Virus record (IMG/VR): IMGVR_UViG_3300005830_000045 | Span: 16,480 to 80,479 of that record | Source of the DNA: a virus | DNA length: 64,000 nt | Direction: 5' to 3' (one strand) | Shown here: piece after piece, positions 1 through 10,503 of the stretch | How the letters are laid out: each line of letters opens with the position of its first letter | Numbering within the stretch: position 1 is the first letter of the stretch | Position numbers and translations under genes: made by a program | The notes under the pieces: generated by a model | The model's database searches: none | The model's input: only the letters and a program-made list of their open reading frames with translations | Told to the model about the DNA's origin: nothing

Positions 1-62
1 CTTACAAAGGGTTGATCCATCACGCTCATATTGGGGCTCAACCTAAGCAGGAGGAATAGCAC

Positions 63-500
63 ATGAAGGGCGTGATTGAAGAAGGGCATATCCCTGTAAA
101 CAATTGGCAGCTCATCATCTTGGGCGGTCCACTTCTTACAATTACAGAGCAATCTGGAATTGAAGATGAATTAGAAACGACGGAATTGCCAGACCGCACC
201 GTTGTTTCTGGCGGAAACAGAAAAGCCATCGAGTTTGACATCACGATGCCGGAACACCACACCGTGGAACAAGTTTTCATGGAGAGTTGGTTCAAAGAGT
301 CACAAGACCCTGTAAGCCCAACGTACAAGAAAATAGGGACAATGATCAGCTACGACATCAACGGAAACGTTGCTCGCACTATGAGCTTGATCGGGGCATT
401 TCCAAAAAAGCGAGTTCAATCAGACCGCGAAATGGCAAATGAAGGCGAAATGGCCACAGTGACGTGGACCATCAGCGTCGATGATGTAGAGCCAATCTAA
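63..500 (+). CDS. Tail tube protein (T4 gp19-like)
   Basis: 145 aa; tube-like pattern (SGIEDELE...GGNRK...ITM...W...L.GAFP...T.T.S.D); upstream of chaperone and tape measure; GGAGG SD. Confidence 0.75.
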   Translation: MKGVIEEGHIPVNNWQLIILGGPLLTITEQSGIEDELETTELPDRTVVSGGNRKAIEFDITMPEHHTVEQVFMESWFKESQDPVSPTYKKIGTMISYDINGNVARTMSLIGAFPKKRVQSDREMANEGEMATVTWTISVDDVEPI

Positions 501-554
501 ATAAAAGAACACGGTTGGGCCTGACAAAGGTTCCAAACTAATTGGAGGTGAACC

Positions 555-1367
555 GTGGAAGAAAAGAAAGAAAAGATTCAGACCATCAAAGAAAGAGGTG
601 CACTCTTACCTCTTGGCATCCAGGACAAAAGCGGCAAACTTCACAGGGATATATCTGTCCGTCGTTGGCGTATGAAAGAAGAAAGAGAACTTGGCGAGTT
701 ACGAGACAGGCACAAAGACGCAAACCTCGCAACATACGTTTCGATGATTCTTGCAACAATGTGCACTCGCTTGGGGCCGCATGATTTCGAGAAAATGAAG
801 TTTGAGGAACGTTGTCTCATTCTTAGCCAAATGTTCATGGGCGATGTTTTTTATGCTTATGTTTGGTTGAGAATAAATTGTCTCGGTCATTCCTTCCCTA
901 TTGAGTTCCAGCCGGCATGGTCGAACAAGCCTCTCAAAATCAAGGCAGACCTTTGGTCTGTTCAGGTGAAATCCGCTGAAAGCTACGAGTCATCTTGTTG
1001 GGCATACAAGCTCAATGACCCGTTTGAAATCAGAGGGAAGAAAGTTACAGGCTTCAGGCTTTCGCCTCAACGTTGGTCGTCCATGGAGCAACACAACGCT
1101 GTAGGCGCAGGTTCAAACCAAGGGCTTGCGAAGTTGATCATCATCAAATCTTCTATCATTGGATGCGAAGGGATTGACGGAGAAATCATGCTCACTGACA
1201 ACGAATTGGATGAGCTCAGCAAGCTTGATCTCGAAAAGCTCACGACTTTGCTCGATCAGAACGTGCTTGGCCCGGTCATGGCCGTTGAAGGCGAGTATCG
1301 AGGTAGACCGTTTCGCGCCCCAATAGATTGGGGCTATGACAGTTTTTTCGGCATTTCTTCCGTGTAA
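555..1367 (+). CDS. Tail assembly chaperone, short (G-type) form
   Basis: Lies between tube and tape measure; GGAGGT SD before GTG; ends IDWGYDSFF over a slippery site. Confidence 0.7.
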   Translation: MEEKKEKIQTIKERGALLPLGIQDKSGKLHRDISVRRWRMKEERELGELRDRHKDANLATYVSMILATMCTRLGPHDFEKMKFEERCLILSQMFMGDVFYAYVWLRINCLGHSFPIEFQPAWSNKPLKIKADLWSVQVKSAESYESSCWAYKLNDPFEIRGKKVTGFRLSPQRWSSMEQHNAVGAGSNQGLAKLIIIKSSIIGCEGIDGEIMLTDNELDELSKLDLEKLTTLLDQNVLGPVMAVEGEYRGRPFRAPIDWGYDSFFGISSV

Positions 1368-1579
1368 AGGACACGGAAGAAATACGCGAAGAAGTTTTTG
1401 CTCTCACGTATTGCATGAAGGGGATGACTTACGGAGATTTAGAGAATATGTCAGCGCAAGACCGTCTTTGGTATCTGCAAAGATTGCACGATCAATTGAA
1501 AGCTGAAGCAGACGAAGTAAAAAGAACACAATCATCCGTGAGAGTCAAAAAACCTTCAAGAAGAGCAAAAAGGAGATAA
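1343..1579 (+). CDS. -1 frameshift extension of tail assembly chaperone (GT-type form)
   Basis: T TTT TTC at 1343-1349; -1 frame open to TAA 1577-1579, reading RHFFRVKDTEEIREEVFALTYCMKGMTYGDLENMSAQDRLWYLQRLHDQLK...; absent from the ORF track. Confidence 0.75.
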   Translation, partial: FFRHFFRVKDTEEIREEVFALTYCMKGMTYGDLENMSAQDRLWYLQRLHDQLKAEADEVKRTQSSVRVKKPSRRAKRR

Positions 1580-1582
1580 AAG

Positions 1583-4228
1583 ATGGCGCTTGAGCGTGTT
1601 GGCCTTGGAGGCGTCCTGACTTTCGACAGCGCTCAAGCCGTTCGTGCTTCCGGTCAAGCGCGTGATGCTTTTAGCCGTTTCACGAGACAAGCCCAACCTG
1701 TTCCTCCTTTGATGGGGCGTATAGGCCAATCTGTTCAAAGAGCAGCCCAACAAATGTTGCAAGGTGCTAGGCAGATTGGCCGAGGCATTGGACAGTTGGC
1801 AGGAGCCGCGCAACAAGCTGGCATGGCTCTATTGCCCATGACAGCCGCAGTGGGCGTAGGCGCTGAAAGGGCTGCCTCTTTCGAGCACCAGATGTCCGCT
1901 GTTCAAGCCATTACAGGAGGAACTGCTGGCGACCTACAAACGCTCACTGCTGCTGCTCGGGCAGCAGGTATCGAAACTGCATTCAGCGCGACACAAGCTG
2001 GACAGGCCATGGAGTTTATGGCGAGAAGTGGCGCTAGCGCCACTGAAATCGTTGGTGGGCTTAGGGGTGTTGTCGATGCCGCCGCAGCAGAGGGCATTGA
2101 ACTCGCCACCGCGTCAGACATCATAGCTCAGTCAACACGTATCATGGGGCGAGAATGGAGTCAAGCCTCGAACACGGCTGATATTCTCGTCAGGACAGCC
2201 CAACGCTCGAACACCGATATCATTCAGCTTGGCGAGGCAATGCGCTACGGCGGACAGTCAGCCCGTGTAGCTGGTATGGACCTTGAACAAACCTCTGCGA
2301 TATTGGGACGCCTTGCGGATGCAGGCTTGAGAGGTTCAGTTGGCGGCACTTCTTTGCAAAATGCTCTAAGCAAACTCGCAAGGCCATCCAGGAGAGCACA
2401 AGAAATGATGCGCGAAATGCGCATCGAAATGACACGGACTGCGAGTGGCGGAGTAGATTTGACCAATATTTCGCAGCAACTCGCTGATCGTTTGCGCAAT
2501 ATTGAAGACCCATTGACAAGAACGGATATTGCCGTTGAAATATTCGGTCAACGAGGAAGAAGAGCATTTGAAGCTCTGTCTCAGGCTGGCGAAGAAAGCG
2601 TGAGCAATTTAGAGGCACAACTACGGCGTGCTTCTGAAGGCGCTGGTGCGGCAGCTGAAGCTGCTGCAACAAGGCTCGACAACCTCAAAGGCGCATTGAC
2701 GCTTTTTGCTTCTTCGCTTGAAGGCGTGGCCATCACAATATTCGGACCCATGCTTGAACCGTTGAAGGATATTGTTCAAAACGTTACAGAGTATCTGAAT
2801 CGGATTCTTATCGGCGTTGGTGCGATTATGGACGCTGGAGACAACCTTTCCGAAAGGTATGAAGCGCTGACTACGATTATGGAGAATGGCGGAGAAACCC
2901 AAGCAGGAGTTGTGCTTGGAATTGTAGACGCTATCAACGACATGAGGAATGCTTTCAATTGGGTTCGCGAAACGGTCACAAGCCTGATATCTAGCATGGA
3001 AGCAGCCTTTGGCGCGGACACAATTCGCCTGATTACTCGTATCGGCATCATCTTGGGGATTGCTGCTGCTGCTGTTGGCCCGGTTTTGTTGGCGGTCGGC
3101 ACACTCATAGGGTTGATAGCTTCAATTGGATCAGGCATTATAAGTGGTGTTGGGTCTATATTGGGCGTTGTCTTTCTACCGCTCCTCGCTTCAATAGGTG
3201 TGCTTATTGGGTTGTTTTCTGTTATCCGCAGAGAAGGTGAAACTGTTGGTCAAACTTTTGCCAGAATCTGGGCTGTAATTCGAGAAGCAGCGTTGAGAGT
3301 TTGGGACCAAGGAATCAGGCCTTTCTATGAAGGTTTCATGAATATCATGATTCCTACTATTGAAGAGTTCAGAGTTTTGTGGCAGAATATAGTGCAAACA
3401 TTTCGTAAGGAGATCAGCGAATTAGCTGCTCAATTTGAGCAGTTTGGAAGCAGCACGCAGATCAGTTGGCAAGAAGTTGGACAAATGGTTGCACTAGTGA
3501 TTAGGGGCATCATCACTGTCGTTTTACAGGTCATCCAAATCATGATTCAAGTCTGGAGCTATGCCATGGGCTTTTATATGCGCTATGGCCGAACCATGGT
3601 GAATAACGTTGTCCAAGCTTTCTCAGGAGTCATTACAATTATTGGGTCTGTTGTTCGTGCTTTGTCTGCGCTTTGGTCCGGAAACATTATTGGCGGAATG
3701 ACTCACTTTGGACAAGCTATAATGGACTTTATGCTTGAACCGATAAAGTCTGTTGTTCGAGGAATTGCGCAACTCGCTGATGCTTTTGGAGGCGAAAATT
3801 TAATAAGTCAAAGGGTCAGAGATTGGTCAAGAGCGACAACGCCTATTGTTCGAGGCAGAGGCAGGCCTACAGGTCGTGGTTCAGACCTTTTCACTGGCTT
3901 GTTTGGCGATACTGGTGCACCGGCAGCAAGGGTTGCTCAGCCCACAGAAATAAGAAGAGAAACAGAAAGACTTGGAGAAAGAGTCACAAGAACTGCTGCA
4001 CGCGGGGCAAGGAGAAGAAACGTTGCTGGAAGCATCAGCGCTGACATCGAATTGCAAGATGAGCGCTCTATTGAAGTGAATAATGAAGTCTGTGTTGACG
4101 GACAGCAGCTTTCCGTAGCTTCACAACGGCACCGCACAGAAATAGGAGAGCGCTCTGGATTCAGAACAACGCCTTGGCAGAGGCGTGTACGGGCAGAACA
4201 AGGCGCTGCTCCGGTCACCGAGAGGTAA
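1583..4228 (+). CDS. Tape measure protein (TP901-type core)
   Basis: 881 aa, Ala/Gly-rich helical; FEHQMSAVQAITG, TAFSATQAGQAMEFMARSG, SNTDIIQLGEAMRY, LADAGLRGSVGGTSL; hydrophobic central segment. Confidence 0.95.
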   Translation: MALERVGLGGVLTFDSAQAVRASGQARDAFSRFTRQAQPVPPLMGRIGQSVQRAAQQMLQGARQIGRGIGQLAGAAQQAGMALLPMTAAVGVGAERAASFEHQMSAVQAITGGTAGDLQTLTAAARAAGIETAFSATQAGQAMEFMARSGASATEIVGGLRGVVDAAAAEGIELATASDIIAQSTRIMGREWSQASNTADILVRTAQRSNTDIIQLGEAMRYGGQSARVAGMDLEQTSAILGRLADAGLRGSVGGTSLQNALSKLARPSRRAQEMMREMRIEMTRTASGGVDLTNISQQLADRLRNIEDPLTRTDIAVEIFGQRGRRAFEALSQAGEESVSNLEAQLRRASEGAGAAAEAAATRLDNLKGALTLFASSLEGVAITIFGPMLEPLKDIVQNVTEYLNRILIGVGAIMDAGDNLSERYEALTTIMENGGETQAGVVLGIVDAINDMRNAFNWVRETVTSLISSMEAAFGADTIRLITRIGIILGIAAAAVGPVLLAVGTLIGLIASIGSGIISGVGSILGVVFLPLLASIGVLIGLFSVIRREGETVGQTFARIWAVIREAALRVWDQGIRPFYEGFMNIMIPTIEEFRVLWQNIVQTFRKEISELAAQFEQFGSSTQISWQEVGQMVALVIRGIITVVLQVIQIMIQVWSYAMGFYMRYGRTMVNNVVQAFSGVITIIGSVVRALSALWSGNIIGGMTHFGQAIMDFMLEPIKSVVRGIAQLADAFGGENLISQRVRDWSRATTPIVRGRGRPTGRGSDLFTGLFGDTGAPAARVAQPTEIRRETERLGERVTRTAARGARRRNVAGSISADIELQDERSIEVNNEVCVDGQQLSVASQRHRTEIGERSGFRTTPWQRRVRAEQGAAPVTER

Positions 4229-4230
4229 TT

Positions 4231-5016
4231 ATGTCGGCACTTAGTCTGTTCTTTGAAACTCGCAAATGGTACTTGAGAAATGAAGATACGGACGAAACGA
4301 TAGAATCACAATTCCCAACACCAAACGTTACAAGAGAGGTAACGAATAATTATGCTCGTCATATAGCGCTGAACCGTTCAAAAGAAATCATCCAGTACCT
4401 TTCGAGTAAAAACGACACGGTTTCTTTTGAAGGAATGTTCTTTGACGAAGGAACATTTTTTGACTTGTTCACAAATTCAGCAGAGGGCAAGATAAATAAG
4501 ATTATCTCTTGGGCCAAAAAAGATGATGAGCTTGGCAGACCACCTATTGTTACTTTTTGGGTAGGCAACGGGTTTCTTGAGCAGACTTCTGTAATAGAAT
4601 CAGTCACAGGAATCAATTATAGCGAACCAACTTCATTGGGTGCACTTCGCAAAGTTACATTTACGATCAATCTTCTTCAGTATGAAGACTTTGACCTTGG
4701 TGGCATTTCAATCCTCGAAACGAGGTATCACAGAGCAAGAGTGCGAGACTATTATGAATTGTTGACGTACCGTGAATATGGCAATGCGCTAATTGGTGAC
4801 GTCATCCGGAAACGCCACCCGGATCAACCAAATCTTGAATCTGGAGACGTTGTAAAACTTCCTTCAATTGGCGCAATTAGAACTAAAAAGGTTCAGCCTA
4901 CTTCGATTGCTTTGAGTACAGCATATGGAAGGAAAGAAACACCACAAAGGGCTTTGAGAATTGCAACATTTGACAGCAGGAATAGGAAGTACGTGTCGCA
5001 CGTAGTGGTTGAATAA
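4231..5016 (+). CDS. Tail tube initiator / baseplate hub protein with LysM-like C-terminal part
   Basis: Follows tape measure; GRPPIVTFWVG and YGNALIGDVIRKRHP...L.LP patterns; GAGG SD before ATG 4231. Confidence 0.65.
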   Translation: MSALSLFFETRKWYLRNEDTDETIESQFPTPNVTREVTNNYARHIALNRSKEIIQYLSSKNDTVSFEGMFFDEGTFFDLFTNSAEGKINKIISWAKKDDELGRPPIVTFWVGNGFLEQTSVIESVTGINYSEPTSLGALRKVTFTINLLQYEDFDLGGISILETRYHRARVRDYYELLTYREYGNALIGDVIRKRHPDQPNLESGDVVKLPSIGAIRTKKVQPTSIALSTAYGRKETPQRALRIATFDSRNRKYVSHVVVE

Positions 5017-6227
5017 TGCCAACGCTTGTGCCAAATTACGTCATCCAAGTAGGCGGTGCCGGGTATGAAATTGACACCGGTATTCGTCGCTTGATTCAAA
5101 CGGTTGAATACGAAAGCGCAGATGGCATGGCAGACGTCATGCATATTCGAGCAGTCAATCCAGGCTTTCAGTTGTCAGATTCACGCCTTTTTGCACCAGG
5201 CAACGAGGTTTCTCTTTGGATGGGTTACGGAACAGATCAATTGGTTCACGTTGGAAGAGTAAAGATTTACAAGAATATGCCGACATTCCCGCAAGATGGG
5301 TGGCCTACATTTGAAGCCGTTGGCTACACAAAAGACCACGACATGATGCATCGACAGCCAGAGGTATCAAGTCGTGACCGTGCAAACGGAGCAAGAGGCA
5401 GCCAACGTGGTGGAAGAAGATTCACGCAACTAAAGTACAGCGAAGCAGTTGCGGAACGTGCTGAAGACTACGGGTTTGAACTTGACATTGATGACACCCA
5501 CGATGAGCCTTCCAATTTCATACAAAGGGCAGGAATGTCTGATTATGATTTCATCAAGGGGTTGTCAAATTTGACAGGTTTCTACTTTTGGGTTGATGGC
5601 GATGAACAAGGAACTTGGACTTTGCATTTCAAAGACCCAGAAACTTTCGATAGCGGGCAAGAAAGAATATTCACACTTGAATACAACAACGGGAACTTTT
5701 CTACTCTGTTTTCTTTTGAACCTGAGTTTCTGATAACTGGAGCTGTAACGCGAATTAGAGCAAGAGTCAGGAATGCGCGTACAGGACGAATAATGGAAGC
5801 AGAATTCACAGAGGATAATCTTGATGCTCCAGATTTGGCTTTTGAGGAAGAAAGTGGAGGATTAGGGTTTGATTCCGTTGATCTTCCAGAGATTGAATCT
5901 GCTCCAGCAACATCGACTGCTGTTCAGCTTTTCATTGGCGATTATTCGTTTGAAGACCTTACAAGTAGAAGATTTGGCACAGAAGCGGAATTGATCAATT
6001 GGGCTCGACAGTGGTTTAGAAGGCAACGAGAAAACTTTATACTAAGCAGAGGAGTATGTATTGGAGTTGAAGACATTATGTGCCGTCAGGTTCATACGAT
6101 TTCAGGAGTTGGAACTGTGTATGATGGTGATTATTTCTTTAGCCGTGTAAAGCACAAGATGGATGGCGAGGGCCAAGGATACACCCTCGATTTCAATTGT
6201 CGAAAGCAAACTCCACGGGTGGCGTGA
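5016..6227 (+). CDS. Baseplate hub protein (late control D / gp27-like)
   Basis: GNEVSLWMGYG, QRAGMSDYDFIKGLS, ISGVGTVYDGDYFFSRVKH; position in module. Confidence 0.85.
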   Translation: MPTLVPNYVIQVGGAGYEIDTGIRRLIQTVEYESADGMADVMHIRAVNPGFQLSDSRLFAPGNEVSLWMGYGTDQLVHVGRVKIYKNMPTFPQDGWPTFEAVGYTKDHDMMHRQPEVSSRDRANGARGSQRGGRRFTQLKYSEAVAERAEDYGFELDIDDTHDEPSNFIQRAGMSDYDFIKGLSNLTGFYFWVDGDEQGTWTLHFKDPETFDSGQERIFTLEYNNGNFSTLFSFEPEFLITGAVTRIRARVRNARTGRIMEAEFTEDNLDAPDLAFEEESGGLGFDSVDLPEIESAPATSTAVQLFIGDYSFEDLTSRRFGTEAELINWARQWFRRQRENFILSRGVCIGVEDIMCRQVHTISGVGTVYDGDYFFSRVKHKMDGEGQGYTLDFNCRKQTPRVA

Positions 6228-7039
6228 TGCCAATTAGAACAGAAACAATGAGCGCCACAGTCACAGCAAACAATGATGATGAGAAGCGTGGCAGAATACG
6301 CGTAGCTTGTGTCGAATTGCTTGGAGACGATGATGCAGACCTGCCTATGTGGGTTGAGCCTATCTTTGATTGGGGCTGGTTTTTCGTGCCTGACGTTGGT
6401 GAAATTGTAGAACTTGAAGTCACCGCTTCATCTGATATGGACGAGTCATTTCTTCAAGCTTCAATCGACCAACTTAATGTGAAATGGCGAGGACAGAGGT
6501 ACTACGGGAATGAAGAAGCAGACGTGCCAACCGTTATCCATCCCTTTTTCTCTGAAGAGAATTATGGGAAGAGAAGAGGATTTGCTACTCCATTTGGCCA
6601 CATTATCATGTTTGACGACACTGAAGGAAGTCCCAAGGTAAATCTTACGTGGGCGTCTGAAACTCAGGCTGCTGATGCTGAGAAGATCAGCCAAATTCTT
6701 ATTGACACAGATGGAACAATAAAGCTTAGTGTTTTAGGGAAACACACAATACATCTCAAAGAAAATGAAATAGAGGTGAAGCTTGATGAAGGGGCAAGCT
6801 TGAAGGTGGTTGGAAAAGATGATCAAACCGTTACAAACCTTGGCGATGGAGCAGTTGCTGTGGCTATTGCTGATCACCTCGAAACCTTTTACAGCCAACT
6901 CAAAACTTACATAGAAAACGCATTTGTGAATACAGCGATGGGGCCTTCAGCGACAATAACAGCTTCTGTTGGGCCAGCAACAAGTTGGGATTCAAAGATC
7001 AATTCCGATAAGTTGAAGGTTCCAGATACAACACCATAA
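6227..7039 (+). CDS. Baseplate central spike (gpV/gp5 OB-fold)
   Basis: DDEKRGRIRV, WFFVPDVGEIVELE, TPFGHIIMFDD; TGATG coupling with the upstream gene. Confidence 0.85.
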   Translation: MPIRTETMSATVTANNDDEKRGRIRVACVELLGDDDADLPMWVEPIFDWGWFFVPDVGEIVELEVTASSDMDESFLQASIDQLNVKWRGQRYYGNEEADVPTVIHPFFSEENYGKRRGFATPFGHIIMFDDTEGSPKVNLTWASETQAADAEKISQILIDTDGTIKLSVLGKHTIHLKENEIEVKLDEGASLKVVGKDDQTVTNLGDGAVAVAIADHLETFYSQLKTYIENAFVNTAMGPSATITASVGPATSWDSKINSDKLKVPDTTP

Positions 7040-7551
7040 TGGCTTTAGTTTCTGCAACATTGGCCTCAAGCTTGGCCACATTGGAACCGACCGATAGCGT
7101 GTCTGTCGCTATTGACAGGATTGCGACTGCGTTCACGAATTATTTCGGCGGTGCATCTGTATTGGGCGCTCTTGCTGCCCCCGCTGTGCTAGACGGTGCG
7201 CCGAAATCTGCGATGGCAGGAGCTATGGGCGGCTTGAACTCAATAGGAGGAGCAGCAGGAGCCATTTCTGCTGGCATCTCCGCTTTTTGGTCCGCGTTGT
7301 TGGGCTTGGAAGCTACGATTTGGATCATGATTCCACCGACGATCATGATTCCTTCAACAACAATTCTGCCACCAGGATTGGGAGGTTTGACAGCGGCAAT
7401 CCAAGGAGCTTTTGACGCGAACGTTGCTGCCGGGTCAGACCTTGCTTCGGCAGCAAATACTTTGGCAGCGGCAATCCATGGAACGCAATTAGGAGGCACG
7501 GTTCAAACCCAGGTTCCTCCTTCTGCTCCGGTTGCTTCTCCGATACTGTGA
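7039..7551 (+). CDS. Ala/Gly/Pro-rich baseplate-associated protein
   Basis: Between spike and gp25; TAATG coupling; no recognised motif. Confidence 0.5.
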   Translation: MALVSATLASSLATLEPTDSVSVAIDRIATAFTNYFGGASVLGALAAPAVLDGAPKSAMAGAMGGLNSIGGAAGAISAGISAFWSALLGLEATIWIMIPPTIMIPSTTILPPGLGGLTAAIQGAFDANVAAGSDLASAANTLAAAIHGTQLGGTVQTQVPPSAPVASPIL

Positions 7552-7558
7552 GGCGAAC

Positions 7559-7933
7559 ATGCCTGTTGGATTCGCATTGCCCGTTCGTGCATCTTCAAGC
7601 GGAGGAATACGCCTTGTTGGCGGCGACGAAAACAACGACAAATTGATTAGCCTCGCTTTGGGCTCTGACGAAAATGAAAACGCATTTCAACAGGATATAG
7701 GTCTTGGCGATTTCATGGTATTCGACACAGAAAGTCCTGCAATACGCGGCAAAATCATGAGTCGTTTGCGCAAAATATTTCAACGCTTTGAAGCCCAAAA
7801 ACGTTTCAGATTACTCCCAGAAACAGTAGAATGGTCTTCAGACCAGGGAAACCAAGATTTGATTCTTCAATTCAAGTACCACGACCTAGAATCTGATGAA
7901 ATCAAAACGTTTTCCAGAAAGATTGGTCCTTAG
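7559..7933 (+). CDS. Baseplate wedge gp25/gpW-like protein
   Basis: About 124 aa; GFALP...; precedes baseplate J. Confidence 0.75.
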   Translation: MPVGFALPVRASSSGGIRLVGGDENNDKLISLALGSDENENAFQQDIGLGDFMVFDTESPAIRGKIMSRLRKIFQRFEAQKRFRLLPETVEWSSDQGNQDLILQFKYHDLESDEIKTFSRKIGP

Positions 7934-7936
7934 AAG

Positions 7937-10093
7937 ATGGCCAGCACAACTATACAAATACCAAACTTTGACTTTTCAGCGTTCTATTATCCGCAAATAC
8001 TTGAAGCATTGATCCGTTACAAAAGAGAAAACGTTCCAGAGCTGACGGACGAATCAGAGTTTGAACCTTCCATCCAGATGCTTCGTGCAATGGCTTTGGT
8101 CGGACACTTGAATAGTTGTACGATTGATTTAGTTGCAAATGAGTCTACGCTTCCAACGGCCCAATTGGTTGAAACAGTTCGCAATATGTTGCGGTTGATT
8201 GGGTATGAACTTTCCTCTGCTACTCCTTCACAAGTTGAACTTCTTTACAAATTATCTCGCACGTTTTCTTCCACAATAGAAATAGTTAGTGAACGTGCTC
8301 GGGTGGCGACAGAACGTTCTGGAAGCGATGCAATTATAACTGTTGAGGCGAATGCAGCTGTTTCCGTTGATCGAACAGATCAGTTAGGTGCTGCTTTTTC
8401 GTTGGAAGATGCAACATATACAGACAGAACCGCAAAACTTGTTAGCATAGCACCGGTCGATGACTTTTCACCTTGGGTCACCCCAGGCGTAGGCGACAGC
8501 CTATACTTCGGACACGCCTCAATCCTCTGGGACAAGCTCAATATCGAGCTATCTACAGGAGGTTCTGGCCTCATAGGAATTTGGGAGTTTTACGACGGCG
8601 ACTGGTTGAAGGTGAAACCTGATTCGGCCACACCAGCAGGCGCGAATATCACGTTTGTTTTGAATGGACTTTTGGGCTCTGCCCAGAGACCAGGCACGAC
8701 AGTGCGCGCTACTTTGAATGAAACAGGAGCCTATGAAGAGGCACAAGTTCAATGGAACGGCTCACAAAATTTTATAGTTGTTGGACTTCTTGGGCAATCT
8801 TCTCCTTCGTCTGACACCGAGGATTATTCTGTTGGTTCTGATTGGACTGAAATAGATGACGTTACAGACGGGACAATGAACCTTCAACAGACGGGAGAAG
8901 TTTCATATACAATCCCGCAATCTGTTACCAAGAATTGGGTGAAAACAACAGTAAATAACGTTGAAGCGTATTGGATCAGGTATCGTCTTGTAGTTGTTTC
9001 TGCGCCTGTTTCTCCTGTGTTTAGGAACACAAATTTGGACCGTGGGAATCAGTACGTGATCCAACTTGCCACCCAAGGTTTTACAACCTTAGACAGCCCT
9101 TTGGGAAGCTCAACTGGTCTTGCTGACCAACGTTTTGAAACTTCTCGTGAAAACTTTATAAAAGGCTCACAGTCTGTTGAAGTTGATAACATTGAGTGGA
9201 CAGAAGTTGACAATTTCGTGAATAGCCAACCAACTGATCGACATTACGTCATTGAGCTTGGAAAAAACGACAAAGCAACTGTAGTTTTTGGGTCTGGGGC
9301 CGCAGGGTTGATTCCACCTATTGGAGTAAATAATATCTCCATCGAATATCGGTATGGCGCTCAAGATGACGGCAACGTTGGCCCGGATACATTGAAAGTT
9401 GATAAAACAGGGTTGACTTATGTTGACTCAATAACAAATCCTCGACAAGCAAGCGGTTGGAAAGAGGCAGATGGTTCGTCAACTGAGAGCCTTGAACGGG
9501 CAAAAATTGAAGGCCCAGCATCCATTATATCTGGTGATGTCGCTATTGGGACGGATGATGTTGAAACTTTGACAAGGTCTTTTGCGGATAACCTAGGTTC
9601 AAAACCATATGCAAGAGCGTTAGCAATTGAAGAAGGATTTGGTGCGAAGACAATAGAGCTTGTTGTTGTTCTTCAAGGCGGAGGCCTTGCTTCCGCTGCT
9701 CAGCTTGAAGAATTGGCGGAATATTTCAACGGAGACAAATATTCCACACCGCCTAAACGGCAAAGGATTGTCGCCAATCAAGAGGTCACCGTTGTAAACT
9801 ACACGCCAAGAGTCATTGACGTCACAGCAGTAGTCAAGACGGAAGCAACAGCACAAGAGATCAAGAATAGACTCACACAAGTTCTCAGGCCGGAAGCTTT
9901 GAAAAATGATGGCGTAAATTATGAATGGGAATTTGGCGGTAAAGTCACAGTTTCCAGGATAAATCACGAGATATTCAGCGTTGACGAAAACACTACAGAT
10001 GTGGACATAACTTCGCCAGCGTCAGATGTACAATTAGGAGACAGGGAATTGCCTACGGTCGGCACCTTGTCTATCATAGTTGTTGAGCCGTGA
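7937..10093 (+). CDS. Baseplate J / gp6-like wedge protein
   Basis: PELTDESEFEPSI, ANESTLPTAQ, LGSSTGLADQRF, VVFGSGAAGLIPP, EYRYGAQDDGNV, ESLERAK. Confidence 0.9.
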   Translation: MASTTIQIPNFDFSAFYYPQILEALIRYKRENVPELTDESEFEPSIQMLRAMALVGHLNSCTIDLVANESTLPTAQLVETVRNMLRLIGYELSSATPSQVELLYKLSRTFSSTIEIVSERARVATERSGSDAIITVEANAAVSVDRTDQLGAAFSLEDATYTDRTAKLVSIAPVDDFSPWVTPGVGDSLYFGHASILWDKLNIELSTGGSGLIGIWEFYDGDWLKVKPDSATPAGANITFVLNGLLGSAQRPGTTVRATLNETGAYEEAQVQWNGSQNFIVVGLLGQSSPSSDTEDYSVGSDWTEIDDVTDGTMNLQQTGEVSYTIPQSVTKNWVKTTVNNVEAYWIRYRLVVVSAPVSPVFRNTNLDRGNQYVIQLATQGFTTLDSPLGSSTGLADQRFETSRENFIKGSQSVEVDNIEWTEVDNFVNSQPTDRHYVIELGKNDKATVVFGSGAAGLIPPIGVNNISIEYRYGAQDDGNVGPDTLKVDKTGLTYVDSITNPRQASGWKEADGSSTESLERAKIEGPASIISGDVAIGTDDVETLTRSFADNLGSKPYARALAIEEGFGAKTIELVVVLQGGGLASAAQLEELAEYFNGDKYSTPPKRQRIVANQEVTVVNYTPRVIDVTAVVKTEATAQEIKNRLTQVLRPEALKNDGVNYEWEFGGKVTVSRINHEIFSVDENTTDVDITSPASDVQLGDRELPTVGTLSIIVVEP

Positions 10094-10101
10094 GGTGAAT
10101 C

Positions 10102-10503
10102 GTGGCAGGTTTGGTTGACTCGAAAGAGAACGAAGTTTTGGATGAGCTTTTGGGAAACGCTACGCTCATGCCTGATCCTGTGTATATCGGTTTGATGACT
10201 ACAGCTCCAAGCGATGATGGGACAGGAGTTGTTGAGCCTATTGGAAATGGATATGCTCGTGTAAGCGTTGACAACAATTTGACGGAATGGCCTGCGGCTG
10301 TTTCTGGTTCAAAGTCAAACGCGAATAACGTAACTTTCCCTTCAGCGACTGGCGCTTGGGGAACAATTACTCACTTTGGCATATTCGATGCTATTTCTGG
10401 CGGAAACCTCTTAGCGTATGGAGCCTTGAATACTCCCAGAAACGTTTTGACGTCTGATGTTTTCAGGTTCCTCGCTGGTGATTTGACGGTGTCGCTCGAC
10501 TGA
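10102..10503 (+). CDS. Small virion / tail-fibre-associated protein
   Basis: YIGLMTTAPSD...GYARV...VTFPSATGAWGTITHFGIFDAISGGNLL, a pattern common in phage tail proteins. Confidence 0.75.
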   Translation: MAGLVDSKENEVLDELLGNATLMPDPVYIGLMTTAPSDDGTGVVEPIGNGYARVSVDNNLTEWPAAVSGSKSNANNVTFPSATGAWGTITHFGIFDAISGGNLLAYGALNTPRNVLTSDVFRFLAGDLTVSLD

